NCBI GenBank assembly: GCA_003139415.1
Contig: PLIR01000192.1
Location: 3,787-49,529, forward strand
DNA from: Myxococcales bacterium
GTDB taxonomy: Bacteria; Myxococcota_A; Polyangia; Polyangiales; Polyangiaceae
Reading direction: 5' to 3'
Length of the DNA: 45,743 bases
Positions 34,279 through 44,053 of this stretch are shown here, one piece after another. Each line of letters opens with the position of its first letter. The first letter of the stretch is position 1. The notes under the pieces are model-generated. The model worked only from the letters and a program-made list of their open reading frames with translations, made no database searches and was not told where the DNA came from. The position numbers and the translations under genes are program-made.

Positions 34279-35856
34279 ATGGGACCGAGAAGTCGTACCC
34301 CGTTCGAGGGCAGGCTTGCGGTCTCGCCACCCCGCCTGTTCTTGCCGCCCGGCACGTTGCTTGACGAGAAGTACCGTGTCGAGCGTTTCTTGGGACAGGG
34401 GGCGACGGGCTGCGTATTCCTGGCCACACACACGCGCAGCGGCGAAAACCTTGCGCTCAAGTTCGTGCACCCGGTGGATGCCAGCCGCCGACCTGAGGCC
34501 TTCTCGACGTTTCTCATGGCCGCCCGCGCCGCGGCCCGCTTCCGGAGCCCGAACGTCGCCCACGTGCGCGATATGGGCTTGCTCCAAGACGGCAGCCCGT
34601 TTCTCGTCATGGATTACCTCGAAGGCGAGACGCTGGAGAGTCACCTGCGCGCCCAGCCTGTGCCGCTGCCGCTCGGTCGCGCGGTCGATATCGCACTGCA
34701 AGCGGCCAGGGGCCTCGGGGATGCACACGCCGGCGGCGTCATCCACGGCAACGCCAGGCCGTCCAAGTGGTTTCTCACGCGCACTCCGGACGCCTCCGTA
34801 TCCGTGAAGATCCTGGACTTCGGCGCGTCGAAGATTGCGCAGCGCTCCGGCCATGCGGGAGATACGCAAGCGACCGGCTCGGGGCCGCTCGCCATGCCGC
34901 CTTACGGGGCGCCGGAGCAGATCCGCTCCGGTGGGGAGATCGATCCGCGAACCGACATCTGGACCGTGGGTGTCGTGCTCCACGAGCTTCTGGCGGGTAC
35001 CGCGCCGTTCCAGGGAGAGACGATCCGTCAATCGCGCGGTCGGGCCCTCGCGGCCGCGCCGCATTCGCTTCGGGTGAGGCGAAGCGACATTGCTCCCGAG
35101 CTCGAAGCGGTGGTCCAGCGCTGCCTCGAGAAGAACCCCGGCGAGCGCTTCGACGACATGTCCGAACTGATCCGCACGCTCGCGCCCTTCCGCGGCGTCT
35201 GGGAGCGCGCGTCCGTCAGCCCTCCGATCGCGGTGAAGGCCTCGGGTCCGGCGCCGCCTCCGCCATTGGTGGTCGCCGAGCCCGCGCTTTCCTCCGTCCC
35301 GTCGCCCGATACGCTTGCGTCAGTGAATGAAATCGCCGACAGATCCGGCGCACCCTCGGCCGAAGTCGCTCCCGCCGCGAGCGTCTGGCCGGTCGTCGCG
35401 CAAATCGAGCGCCCTAGGGCCTCCCCCACGGCCTGGAGGCGCCCCCGCATGCTCGGGATGTGGATGCTCGCGGCAACCGTCGGGGTCCTCAGCGTCGTGG
35501 CCGGCGTCGCGCTCTTGGTATCGCCCGCTTCGACGAAGTCAGCTGCGGCGGCCAAGCCGCTCGCTCTATCGTCGGCGAGCGCGAATGCGAGTTCGGAAGT
35601 GGTTCCGCCTGCGCCGCTGGCTATGGCTGCATCCGCCAGCGCGCCCGAGGGGCAAGGCGCGGCGGGGCTTCGCTCCGACCGCGCGATAGAGCAAAAGCTC
35701 GCTCCCGACGCGGCGGCGACGACCAGTAGCCCCCCCGCGAAACCCGCACCCAGACCCCGTGCAACGAAGCCTGCGACGCGGGACGTTGCGACCAGGCATC
35801 CGACTTCGGGCGGCTCGCCTCCCGTCGGAACCGCCGGTTTCGGCGACCGCCAGTAG
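34279..35856 (+). CDS. Eukaryotic-like Ser/Thr protein kinase domain protein, predicted pseudokinase, with C-terminal TM and Ala/Pro-rich tail
   Basis: The G-loop is GQGATGCV, the VAIK-like motif is LALKF, the DFG motif is ILDFG and the APE motif is YGAPE. The catalytic loop is VIHGNARPSKW instead of HRDLKPxN. The TM helix is MLGMWMLAATVGVLSVVAGVALLV. Confidence 0.85.
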   Translation: MGPRSRTPFEGRLAVSPPRLFLPPGTLLDEKYRVERFLGQGATGCVFLATHTRSGENLALKFVHPVDASRRPEAFSTFLMAARAAARFRSPNVAHVRDMGLLQDGSPFLVMDYLEGETLESHLRAQPVPLPLGRAVDIALQAARGLGDAHAGGVIHGNARPSKWFLTRTPDASVSVKILDFGASKIAQRSGHAGDTQATGSGPLAMPPYGAPEQIRSGGEIDPRTDIWTVGVVLHELLAGTAPFQGETIRQSRGRALAAAPHSLRVRRSDIAPELEAVVQRCLEKNPGERFDDMSELIRTLAPFRGVWERASVSPPIAVKASGPAPPPPLVVAEPALSSVPSPDTLASVNEIADRSGAPSAEVAPAASVWPVVAQIERPRASPTAWRRPRMLGMWMLAATVGVLSVVAGVALLVSPASTKSAAAAKPLALSSASANASSEVVPPAPLAMAASASAPEGQGAAGLRSDRAIEQKLAPDAAATTSSPPAKPAPRPRATKPATRDVATRHPTSGGSPPVGTAGFGDRQ

Positions 35857-35912
35857 CCAAGCGGAGCCCGAGGCACACGACAAACCGGCCCGGGTCCCCT
35901 AATGTCCACCCG

Positions 35913-36689
35913 ATGCTTCGCAAGGGCAAAGGTCCACCGCTCGTCCTCTTTCACGGGGTCCTCTGCAGCGAACACGTCTGGACGCGGGTGGTGCCCCTCG
36001 TCGCGCCCCATCACGACACCGTCGTGCTCACGGCCCTCGGCCACAGGGGGGGCAGCCGGCCGCGCACGCGACCCACGCGCTTCGGCCACATCATCGACGA
36101 CGCGGAAGAAACCCTCGACCGCCTCGGCCTTCGCAAGGCGCACCTCGCTGGCAATTCGATGGGCGGATGGGTGGCGCTGGAGCTGGCACGGCGGGGGCGT
36201 GCCGAATCGGTGTGCGCGCTTTCTCCCGCGGGATTCTGGACAGTCGAGGAGGGCAACCCCGGCGGCGCGGCCGAGCGCCTGCGGGCCACGATCCGCCAGA
36301 CGCGCTTCGGGCGCCCTCTTCTACCGTTCCTGGCGCGATCGTCGCGCTTCCGTCGCTGGGCGATGCGGCTCAACGCCGCGCACGGCGACCGGCTGACGGC
36401 GGCGGAGATGATCGCCCGCGCCGACGACCTCCTTCAATGCGACGTGGGTCTCGACCTCTTGCAGACCGACGAAGCGCTCGGGCCGTTTGCGTCGCTGCCG
36501 TGTCCAATCACGATCGCGTGGTCCGAGCGGGACCGGGTCCTACCGATGCGCTCGCACGGCGAGCGGGCAAAGACGATGGTGCCCGGCGCTCGCTTCGTGG
36601 TGCTGAGCGACGTCGGCCACGTGCCGATGTTCGACGCGCCCGATCTCGTCGCGCGCGTGCTGCTCGAGACGACGGGCGCTCGCGTCTGA
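35913..36689 (+). CDS. Alpha/beta hydrolase
   Basis: The oxyanion motif is LVLFHGV, the nucleophile elbow is GNSMGG, and the C-terminal His lies in DVGHVPMFD. Confidence 0.85.
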   Translation: MLRKGKGPPLVLFHGVLCSEHVWTRVVPLVAPHHDTVVLTALGHRGGSRPRTRPTRFGHIIDDAEETLDRLGLRKAHLAGNSMGGWVALELARRGRAESVCALSPAGFWTVEEGNPGGAAERLRATIRQTRFGRPLLPFLARSSRFRRWAMRLNAAHGDRLTAAEMIARADDLLQCDVGLDLLQTDEALGPFASLPCPITIAWSERDRVLPMRSHGERAKTMVPGARFVVLSDVGHVPMFDAPDLVARVLLETTGARV

Positions 36690-36695
36690 GCGCGC

Positions 36696-37295
36696 TCACG
36701 ATCGCTCGGTCCCGTCGGCCCTCTTGGCCACCACCTTCTCGATCCGCGGATCGGGCGCGAACCACATGAGCGCCACGGCGAGGTACAGGAGATCGGCGAT
36801 CCAAGACCGCACGAAGGCGCAGATCATTGCCAGCACGTAGAGGACGAGCGACAGCTTGCCCTTGACGTCTGCCCCGACCGCCGTCGCGAGCAACGAGCCC
36901 CGACCGTTGACCGCGATCATCGCCCTCTGCAGGAGCGTGAACGAGATCGCCGCCATGAAGAGCACCGCGCCGTAAGCGGCCGTGGGCCAGGGCGCCGATG
37001 GATGCTCGCCGAGCCAGGTCGTCGCCAGCGGCACGAGCGACAGCCAGAAAAGCAGCAGCAGGTTTTGCCACAGGACGCGCCCGTCGATGAGCTGCGCGGC
37101 GTGCAGCATGTGATGGTGGCTATTCCAGTAGATGCCGATGTAGACGAAGCTAAGGACGTACGTCAAAAGCTCGGGCAGAAGCGGCCCGAGGGCCGCGAGA
37201 TCGGCCCCGTGGGGCACCTGCAGCTCCAACACCATGATGGTGATGAGGATGGCGATGACCCCATCGCTGAACGCCTCCAGTCTTCCCTTGCCCAT
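36696..37295 (-). CDS. TMEM175-family (DUF1211) potassium channel homolog
   Basis: The hallmark N-terminal motif is RLEAFSDGVIAILITIMVLE. About six TM helices are present in 199 aa. Confidence 0.85.
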   Translation of the reverse strand: MGKGRLEAFSDGVIAILITIMVLELQVPHGADLAALGPLLPELLTYVLSFVYIGIYWNSHHHMLHAAQLIDGRVLWQNLLLLFWLSLVPLATTWLGEHPSAPWPTAAYGAVLFMAAISFTLLQRAMIAVNGRGSLLATAVGADVKGKLSLVLYVLAMICAFVRSWIADLLYLAVALMWFAPDPRIEKVVAKRADGTERS

Positions 37296-37334
37296 ACGCG
37301 TCGGCTCCGGCGGCGTGAGCGCTCGTCGACTGCG

Positions 37335-38720
37335 CTACCCGTCTCGGGGCTGGACGACCGGGCTCTCCCACCCCCCCGCCGGCTTCACCCTTCGGTCCGT
37401 ATCGCGGGGGCCCCAGGTTCCCGGCTCGTAGTCGATGACCGGCGGCGGCGACTTGAGCAATGGATCCACGATCCGCCAGGCTTCCTCCACGTAGTCCTCG
37501 CGCGCGAAGAGCGCCTCATCCCCGGCGATGGCGTCGCCGAGGATCCGCTCGTACGGCAGCGTCGCGTCGCCCGACTCGTGGTGCGCGCAGAGCACCTCGC
37601 TCGCCGCGGGGGGGCCTTCCCGGCTCGCGCCCAGGACATTGGTACCGATGGCGATCGTGGGATCGGGCTCGATCCGGAACCGCAGGGTGTTCGTGGGAAG
37701 GTGGAGGGACTCGTAGAACGTCGGCGGCTGGCGCAAGCGGACGAGGACCTCCGTGCAGGTTACCGGCAAGCTTTTCCCGGCGCGAATGAAGAACGGGACC
37801 CCCTTCCAGCGCCACGAGTCGATCGCGAGCTCCAACGCCGCGAACGTCTCGACCTGCGACTCCGGCGCCACACCCTTCGCGCCGCGGTAGCCACGATACT
37901 GGCCACGGACGACCCGCTTCGGGTCGATGGTCGGTATGGCCTGCAGAACCTTCGCCTTCTCGTCCCGCACCGATTCGGGGTCCCTCCGCGCCGGAGGCTC
38001 CATCGCCACGTGGCTGAGGATCTGAAACAAGTGATTCTCGATGACGTCGCGGACCGCGCCCGTCTGCTCGTAGAAAGCCCCCCGGTCCTTCACGCCAAAC
38101 GTCTCGGCCATCGTGATCTGGACGCTCTCCACGTAATTGCGGTTCCAGATGGGCTCGAGCAGCGCGTTGGCGAATCGGAAGAAGAGGAGATTTTCGACCG
38201 GCCGTTTACCGAGAAAGTGATCGATGCGGAAGATCGAGCGCTCGTCGAAGACGCCGGTAAGCACACGATTGAGCATTCGCGCCGATTCGAGGTCGGTCCC
38301 GAACGGCTTCTCGACGATGACTCGAGCGCCCTTGGAACAACCGGACTTGGAGAGTTGCTCCACGACGACCGCGAACATCTTGGGCGGAATGGCAAGGTAG
38401 TAGGCAGGGCGCCGCGCGGATCCGAGTTGCTGAAGGATGGCCCGGAAGGTCGCCGGGTCGTTGTAGTCGCCGCCGACGTACCGCAGCAGACTGCTCAGTT
38501 TCGCGAACGCCGCGGGGTCGACTCCGCCGTGCTTCTCCACGCTCTCCCTTGCGCGCGCCTTGAGCTGCTCGACTCCCCACGGCCTGCCGGCGACCCCGAT
38601 GATCGGGATATCCAGTTCTCCATGTTTTGCCATCGCCTGAAGTGCAGGGAAGATCTGCTCATACGCAAGATCTCCCGTTGCACCGAAAAAAACGAGAGCG
38701 TCGGACCGGGCTGCACTCAT
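37335..38720 (-). CDS. zwf: Glucose-6-phosphate 1-dehydrogenase
   Basis: The NADP motif is FFGATGDLA and the active-site motif is RIDHFLGKR (compare RIDHYLGKE). The ATG at 38720 is preceded by GGAGG. The track ORF opens at a GTG at 38732. Confidence 0.92.
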   Translation of the reverse strand: MSAARSDALVFFGATGDLAYEQIFPALQAMAKHGELDIPIIGVAGRPWGVEQLKARARESVEKHGGVDPAAFAKLSSLLRYVGGDYNDPATFRAILQQLGSARRPAYYLAIPPKMFAVVVEQLSKSGCSKGARVIVEKPFGTDLESARMLNRVLTGVFDERSIFRIDHFLGKRPVENLLFFRFANALLEPIWNRNYVESVQITMAETFGVKDRGAFYEQTGAVRDVIENHLFQILSHVAMEPPARRDPESVRDEKAKVLQAIPTIDPKRVVRGQYRGYRGAKGVAPESQVETFAALELAIDSWRWKGVPFFIRAGKSLPVTCTEVLVRLRQPPTFYESLHLPTNTLRFRIEPDPTIAIGTNVLGASREGPPAASEVLCAHHESGDATLPYERILGDAIAGDEALFAREDYVEEAWRIVDPLLKSPPPVIDYEPGTWGPRDTDRRVKPAGGWESPVVQPRDG

Positions 38721-38843
38721 GGCGACCTCCACATCATTTCGGGCTCTCGAGTACGCATCTCGCGTGCCGGACCTCCACGATCTCCTTCCCTCCCGGTCCC
38801 GTCACCCTCCCCGCGCGGAACGCCACGTGCAGCGTCCCCACCC

Positions 38844-39845
38844 ATGGCAACCAACAACGGAACTGGCAATCGCGAAGAGCTGGGCATCGTGGGGCTGGGC
38901 CGCATGGGCGGCAACCTGGCCTTGCAAGCCGTGGAGAAAGGGTTCCGCGTCGTCGGGTTCGACCCGGGAGCCTTTTCGCAAGAACTCCGGGCGGCCGGGG
39001 TCGTCGCTGCGAGCTCGCTGCAAGAGCTCTCCCGAGCGCTGCGCCCGCCGCGCAAAGTCTTTTTCTACATTCCGTCCGGCACGGCCGTAGATGACCTCAT
39101 CGACTCGCTCGTCGCGACGCTCGAGAAGGGCGACATTCTCGTCGACGGCGGCAATTCGTACTGGGGCGACTCGCTCCGCCGGTTCGACCGGCTCAAGCAA
39201 ACGGGCATCCACTTCGTCGACCTAGGGACGAGCGGGGGCGTCTCGGGCGCGCGAAACGGCGCGTGCTTCATGGCCGGTGGTGAGCCGGAGCCGATCCGGA
39301 TATTGCAGCCGATCCTCGAGCGCCTCGCCGTCCCGGGCGGGTACGTCCACGCCGGGCCTGCGGGCGCCGGCCACTTCACGAAGCTCTGCCACAACGGCAT
39401 CGAGTTCGGGATGCTCCAGGCGATCGGCGAGGGCGTCGAGCTGCTCGCACACCACAAGGACAAACTCGACATCGGCGCCATCCTTCACTGCTGGCGAAAC
39501 GGCTCCGTCATTCGGTCCTGGCTCATGGATCTCATGGAGGGGGCCTTCCGGCAGGAGGGCGGGCTCGCCCACGTACCGGGTTACGTCGACGACACCGGCG
39601 AGGTGAGCTGGCTCGTCGGCGACGCCATGCGCATGGAGGTGCCGATCCCGGTCATCGCCCAGTCCGTGATGCAGCTGTTTCTCTCACGCGATTCCGAGAA
39701 GGACTGGGCGCGGGCCATCGCCATGATGCGCCATGGATTCGGCGGTCACGCCTACGGTCCAAGCCGGGCCGCGCGCAAGGAGCGAGTCGACGGGCGCGTC
39801 GAGCAGATCTCGCCGGAGCCGCCGCCCAGCGAGGCAACTCCATGA
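38844..39845 (+). CDS. gnd: 6-phosphogluconate dehydrogenase, decarboxylating (short, about 333 aa Gnd-like form)
   Basis: Motifs seen are IVGLGRMGGNLA, LVDGGNSYW, DLGTSGGVSGARNGACFMAGG and GHFTKLCHNGIEFG. Only the last third of track ORF 37002-39845 is real; the rest is antisense to zwf. Confidence 0.9.
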   Translation: MATNNGTGNREELGIVGLGRMGGNLALQAVEKGFRVVGFDPGAFSQELRAAGVVAASSLQELSRALRPPRKVFFYIPSGTAVDDLIDSLVATLEKGDILVDGGNSYWGDSLRRFDRLKQTGIHFVDLGTSGGVSGARNGACFMAGGEPEPIRILQPILERLAVPGGYVHAGPAGAGHFTKLCHNGIEFGMLQAIGEGVELLAHHKDKLDIGAILHCWRNGSVIRSWLMDLMEGAFRQEGGLAHVPGYVDDTGEVSWLVGDAMRMEVPIPVIAQSVMQLFLSRDSEKDWARAIAMMRHGFGGHAYGPSRAARKERVDGRVEQISPEPPPSEATP

Positions 39846-40762
39846 GGCGGCCTCCGTCGGGCGAGCAGATCGAGATCGAGAGCGGCGACTGGAGGCTGAC
39901 GGTCGTCGAAGTGGGCGGCGGCATGCGGACGCTGCGCCATCGCGATTGGGACGTGGTAAGCGGGTATCCGGTGGATCGCGTGTGCCCCGGCGCGCACGGA
40001 CAGCCGCTCATCCCATGGCCGAACCGGGTCGACCAGGGTCGCTATACCTTCGACGGCCAATCGTTTCAGCTTGCACTGACGGAGCCGTTGCGGGGCAACG
40101 CGATTCACGGGCTGACGCGGTGGGGGCACTGGCGCGTGGCTGCGCGCGCGGCCGCCGAGGTCGTCCTGGCGTACTCTCTCGATCCGCAGCCCGGGTATCC
40201 GTTCTCGCTGGCCTTGGAGCTGCGATACCGGTTGAGTCGGGAGGGCCTCGCCGTGCGCGCGTCCGTCACGAACGTCGGCGAGGCTCGCTGTCCGTTCGCG
40301 GTCGGATTTCACCCATACTTCTCGTGCGGCGACGCGACGGTCGACGCCTCGCGCCTGAAAGTGCCGGCGAGCACGTACGTGTCGACCGACTCGCGCGGGA
40401 TCCCGAGCGGACGGGCGCGCGTCGACTTGACGCCCGTCGACCTGCGCGGATTGCGCCCCATCGGAGGCCTCGCCATCGACCACGCGTTCACCGGCCTGAA
40501 ACGCGACTCGGACGGACGCGCGAAGGTCGAACTCGCGTCTTCCGACGGCCGGCGCCGCGCCGCTATCTGGCTCGACGAGAACTTTCCCTATGTACAACTC
40601 TTCACGGGCGACACCCTCCCCGAAGCGGAGCGCCGCCGCGGCCTCGCGGTAGAGCCGATGACGTGTCCGCCCAACGCGTTCGCAACGGGTGAGGCGATCC
40701 ATGTCGTCGAGCCAGACGAGAGCTGGCAATGCGAGTGGGGCGTCCAAGTGGAGCAATCATGA
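39842..40762 (+). CDS. Aldose 1-epimerase family protein (LacX/GalM-like)
   Basis: Motifs seen are [33 protein letters not shown] and [13 protein letters not shown]. An ATGA start/stop overlap joins it to gnd. Confidence 0.8.
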   Translation: MRRPPSGEQIEIESGDWRLTVVEVGGGMRTLRHRDWDVVSGYPVDRVCPGAHGQPLIPWPNRVDQGRYTFDGQSFQLALTEPLRGNAIHGLTRWGHWRVAARAAAEVVLAYSLDPQPGYPFSLALELRYRLSREGLAVRASVTNVGEARCPFAVGFHPYFSCGDATVDASRLKVPASTYVSTDSRGIPSGRARVDLTPVDLRGLRPIGGLAIDHAFTGLKRDSDGRAKVELASSDGRRRAAIWLDENFPYVQLFTGDTLPEAERRRGLAVEPMTCPPNAFATGEAIHVVEPDESWQCEWGVQVEQS

Positions 40763-42582
40763 CGTACGCGAGCATCAACGACTACGGGGTCATCGGGAAC
40801 ATGCGCACCGTGGCGCTCGTGAGCTGTGCCGGCTCGATCGATTGGATGTGCTTCCCGCACTTCGACTCGCCGAGCATCTTCGGCGCACTCCTCGACGACG
40901 AGAAAGGGGGCCGCTTTCGAATTCATCCCGTCTGGGGCGGCGGGAAGTCCAAACAGCTTTACTGGCCAGACACCAACGTCCTCATTACGCGATTTCTCTC
41001 GGCCGAGGGGGTCGGCGAAATCGAAGACTTCATGCCGTGCACCGACGAGTTCACGAAGGCGAACAACATGCTCATACGGCGCGTGCGCGTCGTTCGCGGG
41101 AGCCTGAAGTTCGAGCTCGTGTGCGAGCCGGCCTTCGACTACGCGCGCGCCGCGGGCCGGACGCACATCGTGAAGAACGGCGCGATGTTCGAGGGCCCCG
41201 GGCTCAGCATCGCCCTGTCGAGCGACCAGCCCCTGGTCGCGACCGATCGGGGCGCTCGGGCCGAGTTTTCCCTGAACGTGGGCGAGAGCACCACGTTCGT
41301 TCTTCATCGCGCCGCGGGCTGCGACTTGGCCCCGTCGGGCGGCCGAGCGCAGATCTTGTTCGAGGAGACTGTCCACTACTGGCGGCGCTGGCTGTCGAAG
41401 TGCACGTACAGGGGCCGGTGGCGCGAGGAGGTCCAGCGCTCGGCGTTGCTCCTGAAACTGCTCACGTTCGAACCGACCGGCGCGATCGTCGCCGCCCCCA
41501 CGTGCAGCTTGCCCGAGGAGCTCGGGGGCGTCCGCAACTGGGACTATCGGTATGCGTGGATCCGCGACGCCGCGTTCACGGTATATGCACTGCTTCGGGT
41601 CGGCTTCACGGACGAGGCCTCGAGCTTCGTCGACTGGCTCGTCGCGCGCTGCCGGGAGAGCACCGGTGACCCGCCCCTGCAGATCGTGTACGGCGTGCAC
41701 GGCGAGATCGACTTGCGTGAGGTGACGCTCTCGCACCTCGACGGATATCGCGGGTCGCGGCCCGTTCGCATCGGCAACGCCGCGCATACCCAGCTGCAGC
41801 TCGACATCTACGGCGAGCTGATGGACTCGGTGTACCTCGTCAACAAGTACGGTACCCCCATCTCGTACGATCTGTGGGTCCAGCTCCGGCGCATCCTCGA
41901 CTGGGTGTGCGAAAACTGGCGACTCCCCGACGAAGGGATCTGGGAGACACGAGGAGGGCGCAAGCAGTTCGTTTATTCGAAGCTCATGTGCTGGATCGCC
42001 CTTGATCGCGGGTTGCGGCTTTCCGACAAGCGCTCCTTCCCCGCGAACCGAGAACGCTGGCTGAGCCAGCGCGACGCCATCTACGAAGACGTCATGACGC
42101 GCGGCTGGAGCGATCGACGACGATCGTTCGTCCAGTACTACGGAGGGGACGCGATCGACGCCTCGAACCTGCTGATGCCGCTTACGTTCTTCGTCTCGCC
42201 CGTCGACCCGCGGATGATCGATACCCTCGCCGCCGTGACGCGATGCCCGGCCGACGGCGGGCTGCTGTCCGATGGCATGGTCTACCGTTACGACACCGGG
42301 AATCCATCGGACGGGCTCACGGGACAGGAAGGCACGTTCAATTGCGCCACTTTTTGGCTCGTGGAGGCGCTCACCCGGCTCGGGCGCTCCGACCGCGCCA
42401 AGCTCGAAGAGGCACGGCTGCTCTTCGAGAGGATGCTTGGGTACGCGAACCATCTCGGCCTCTACGCAGAGCAAACGAGCGACGCCGGAGACGCTCTCGG
42501 GAACTATCCGCAAGCGCTCACCCATCTTGCGCTCATCAGCGCGGCCAGCAATCTCGACCGCACACTCGACGGGCACGCGTGA
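40759..42582 (+). CDS. Glycoside hydrolase family 15 (glucoamylase/trehalase-like)
   Basis: Motifs seen are [53 protein letters not shown] and NHLGLYAEQ. An ATGA overlap joins it to the epimerase gene. Confidence 0.88.
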   Translation: MTYASINDYGVIGNMRTVALVSCAGSIDWMCFPHFDSPSIFGALLDDEKGGRFRIHPVWGGGKSKQLYWPDTNVLITRFLSAEGVGEIEDFMPCTDEFTKANNMLIRRVRVVRGSLKFELVCEPAFDYARAAGRTHIVKNGAMFEGPGLSIALSSDQPLVATDRGARAEFSLNVGESTTFVLHRAAGCDLAPSGGRAQILFEETVHYWRRWLSKCTYRGRWREEVQRSALLLKLLTFEPTGAIVAAPTCSLPEELGGVRNWDYRYAWIRDAAFTVYALLRVGFTDEASSFVDWLVARCRESTGDPPLQIVYGVHGEIDLREVTLSHLDGYRGSRPVRIGNAAHTQLQLDIYGELMDSVYLVNKYGTPISYDLWVQLRRILDWVCENWRLPDEGIWETRGGRKQFVYSKLMCWIALDRGLRLSDKRSFPANRERWLSQRDAIYEDVMTRGWSDRRRSFVQYYGGDAIDASNLLMPLTFFVSPVDPRMIDTLAAVTRCPADGGLLSDGMVYRYDTGNPSDGLTGQEGTFNCATFWLVEALTRLGRSDRAKLEEARLLFERMLGYANHLGLYAEQTSDAGDALGNYPQALTHLALISAASNLDRTLDGHA

Positions 42583-42617
42583 GGTGCTCGGCACGCCCAA
42601 TGCCTCCTCCTACGACC

Positions 42618-43592
42618 ATGAACATCGGATACGGCGAATCGCTCTTCCTCGCAGCGTTCGATCACCGTAGCTCCTTTTCGCGGGGGCTCTTCGGTGCGTC
42701 GGAGCCGCTGCCTCCGGGGGTCGCCGACAAGATCGCGGATGCGAAGGAGCTCATCTTCGAAGCGTTCGAGCGGGCGATCGCGCGCGGCGCGCCGCCCGAG
42801 CTATGTGGGGTCCTCGTGGACGAGCAGTTCGGCGCCACGGTCGCGCGCAAGGCAAAGGCGCGCCGCTTTCTGCTGGCCATGCCGGTCGAGCAGTCCGGGC
42901 AGCGTGAGTTCCGCCTCCAGTATGGCGCGGAGTTCGGACGCCACATCGAGGCCTTCGATCCCGACTTTTGCAAGGTGCTGGTCCGCTACAACCCGGAGGA
43001 CGACCGCGCCATGAATCAACGGCAGACGGAGCGCCTTGCCCAGCTGTCGGACTGGCTCCACGCACACGGTCGCAAGTTTCTCTTCGAGCTCCTCGTTCCG
43101 GCGACGCGCGAACAACTGGAGAGCTGCGGCGGCGAGGACCGTTTCGACCGCGACTTGCGGGGCGGGCTCGTCGTCGAAACGCTGGGCGAGCTGCAAGCGG
43201 GCGGGGTCGAGCCGGACATCTGGAAGATCGAGGGCCTCGAAACGGCGACGGATTGCAAGCGCGTGGTCGCGCAAGCGCGGACGGGCACCGGTCGCGGCGA
43301 CGTGGTGTGCATCGTGCTCGGACGAGGCGCGAGCATGGAGCGCGTGCTTGGGTGGTTGGCGACCGCAGCGCCGGTGCCGGGCTTCGAGGGCTTCGCGATA
43401 GGCCGGACACTATGGGAGGCCGCCCTCCAGAAATATGTGTCCGGTGCGGCGACCCGCGAGGAGACCCGCCAGGCCATCGCCGACCGATATCTGCGCGCGC
43501 TCGCGGTCTACGCCGAGAGCGCGAGCCGAGGACGGCGCACGCAGGGCATGGAAGCGAAACCAAAGGACTCGAAAGCGAGGGTAGAAGGATGA
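42618..43592 (+). CDS. DUF2090 domain protein (IolC C-terminal / 2-deoxy-5-keto-gluconate-6-P aldolase-like)
   Basis: The N-terminus is MNIGYGESLFLAAFDHRSSF. It also carries KFLFELLVP and DIWKIEG. The family call is from memory of the domain. The track ORF's 5' part (42243-42617) overlaps GH15 and is rejected. Confidence 0.65.
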   Translation: MNIGYGESLFLAAFDHRSSFSRGLFGASEPLPPGVADKIADAKELIFEAFERAIARGAPPELCGVLVDEQFGATVARKAKARRFLLAMPVEQSGQREFRLQYGAEFGRHIEAFDPDFCKVLVRYNPEDDRAMNQRQTERLAQLSDWLHAHGRKFLFELLVPATREQLESCGGEDRFDRDLRGGLVVETLGELQAGGVEPDIWKIEGLETATDCKRVVAQARTGTGRGDVVCIVLGRGASMERVLGWLATAAPVPGFEGFAIGRTLWEAALQKYVSGAATREETRQAIADRYLRALAVYAESASRGRRTQGMEAKPKDSKARVEG

Positions 43593-44053
43593 CATTGTAT
43601 GTTGCTGCGCTTCTCATCGGCGTGATTGCCGGGCTTCGGACGATGACCGCGCTGGCGGCGGTCAGCTGGGCGGCTCGCCTCGGCGCCCTCGGGGTCGGCG
43701 GAACCTGGCTGGCATTCCTGGGCTACAAGTACACGCCCTGGATCCTCACGGCGGCTGCGCTGGCAGAGCTCGTGACCGACCAATTGCCCGCGACGCCGAG
43801 CCGCACGGTGCCCGTCCAATTTGGCGCCCGCATCCTGACTGGAGCCCTCTCCGGCGCGGCTGTCGGCACGACTGCCGGGTCGTGGCCCATCGGGGCGGCG
43901 GTCGGCGCCGTCGGCGCGATCATGGGCACGCTCGGTGGGGCTGCGCTCAGGAGCCGTGGCGCCTCGGCGTTTCACAAGGACCGGCCCGCCGCGCTGCTCG
44001 AGGACGTCGTCGCGATCGGCGGTGCGTCTGCGATCGTGAGCCTCCTCGGATGA
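43589..44053 (+). CDS. DUF4126-like small integral membrane protein
   Basis: It is 154 aa with 4 hydrophobic Gly/Ala-rich helices. ATGA overlaps are present at both ends. Confidence 0.65.
   Translation: MTLYVAALLIGVIAGLRTMTALAAVSWAARLGALGVGGTWLAFLGYKYTPWILTAAALAELVTDQLPATPSRTVPVQFGARILTGALSGAAVGTTAGSWPIGAAVGAVGAIMGTLGGAALRSRGASAFHKDRPAALLEDVVAIGGASAIVSLLG

Noticed and set aside
37002-38843. First 614 codons of the 947-aa plus-strand ORF 37002-39845
   Set aside because: This part is antisense to TMEM175 and zwf. Only the portion from ATG 38844 shows 6PGDH motifs.
40588-42600. 670-aa minus-strand ORF antisense to GH15, and the plus-strand ORF 40689-41669
   Set aside because: The GH15 frame carries the family motifs, and these ORFs are compositional artefacts.
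42243-42617. 5' extension of the DUF2090 ORF, and the similar extensions 42968-43588 and 43882-44049
   Set aside because: They overlap the preceding well-supported genes out of frame. The in-frame ATGs that give ATGA overlaps or short gaps produce sensible N-termini.
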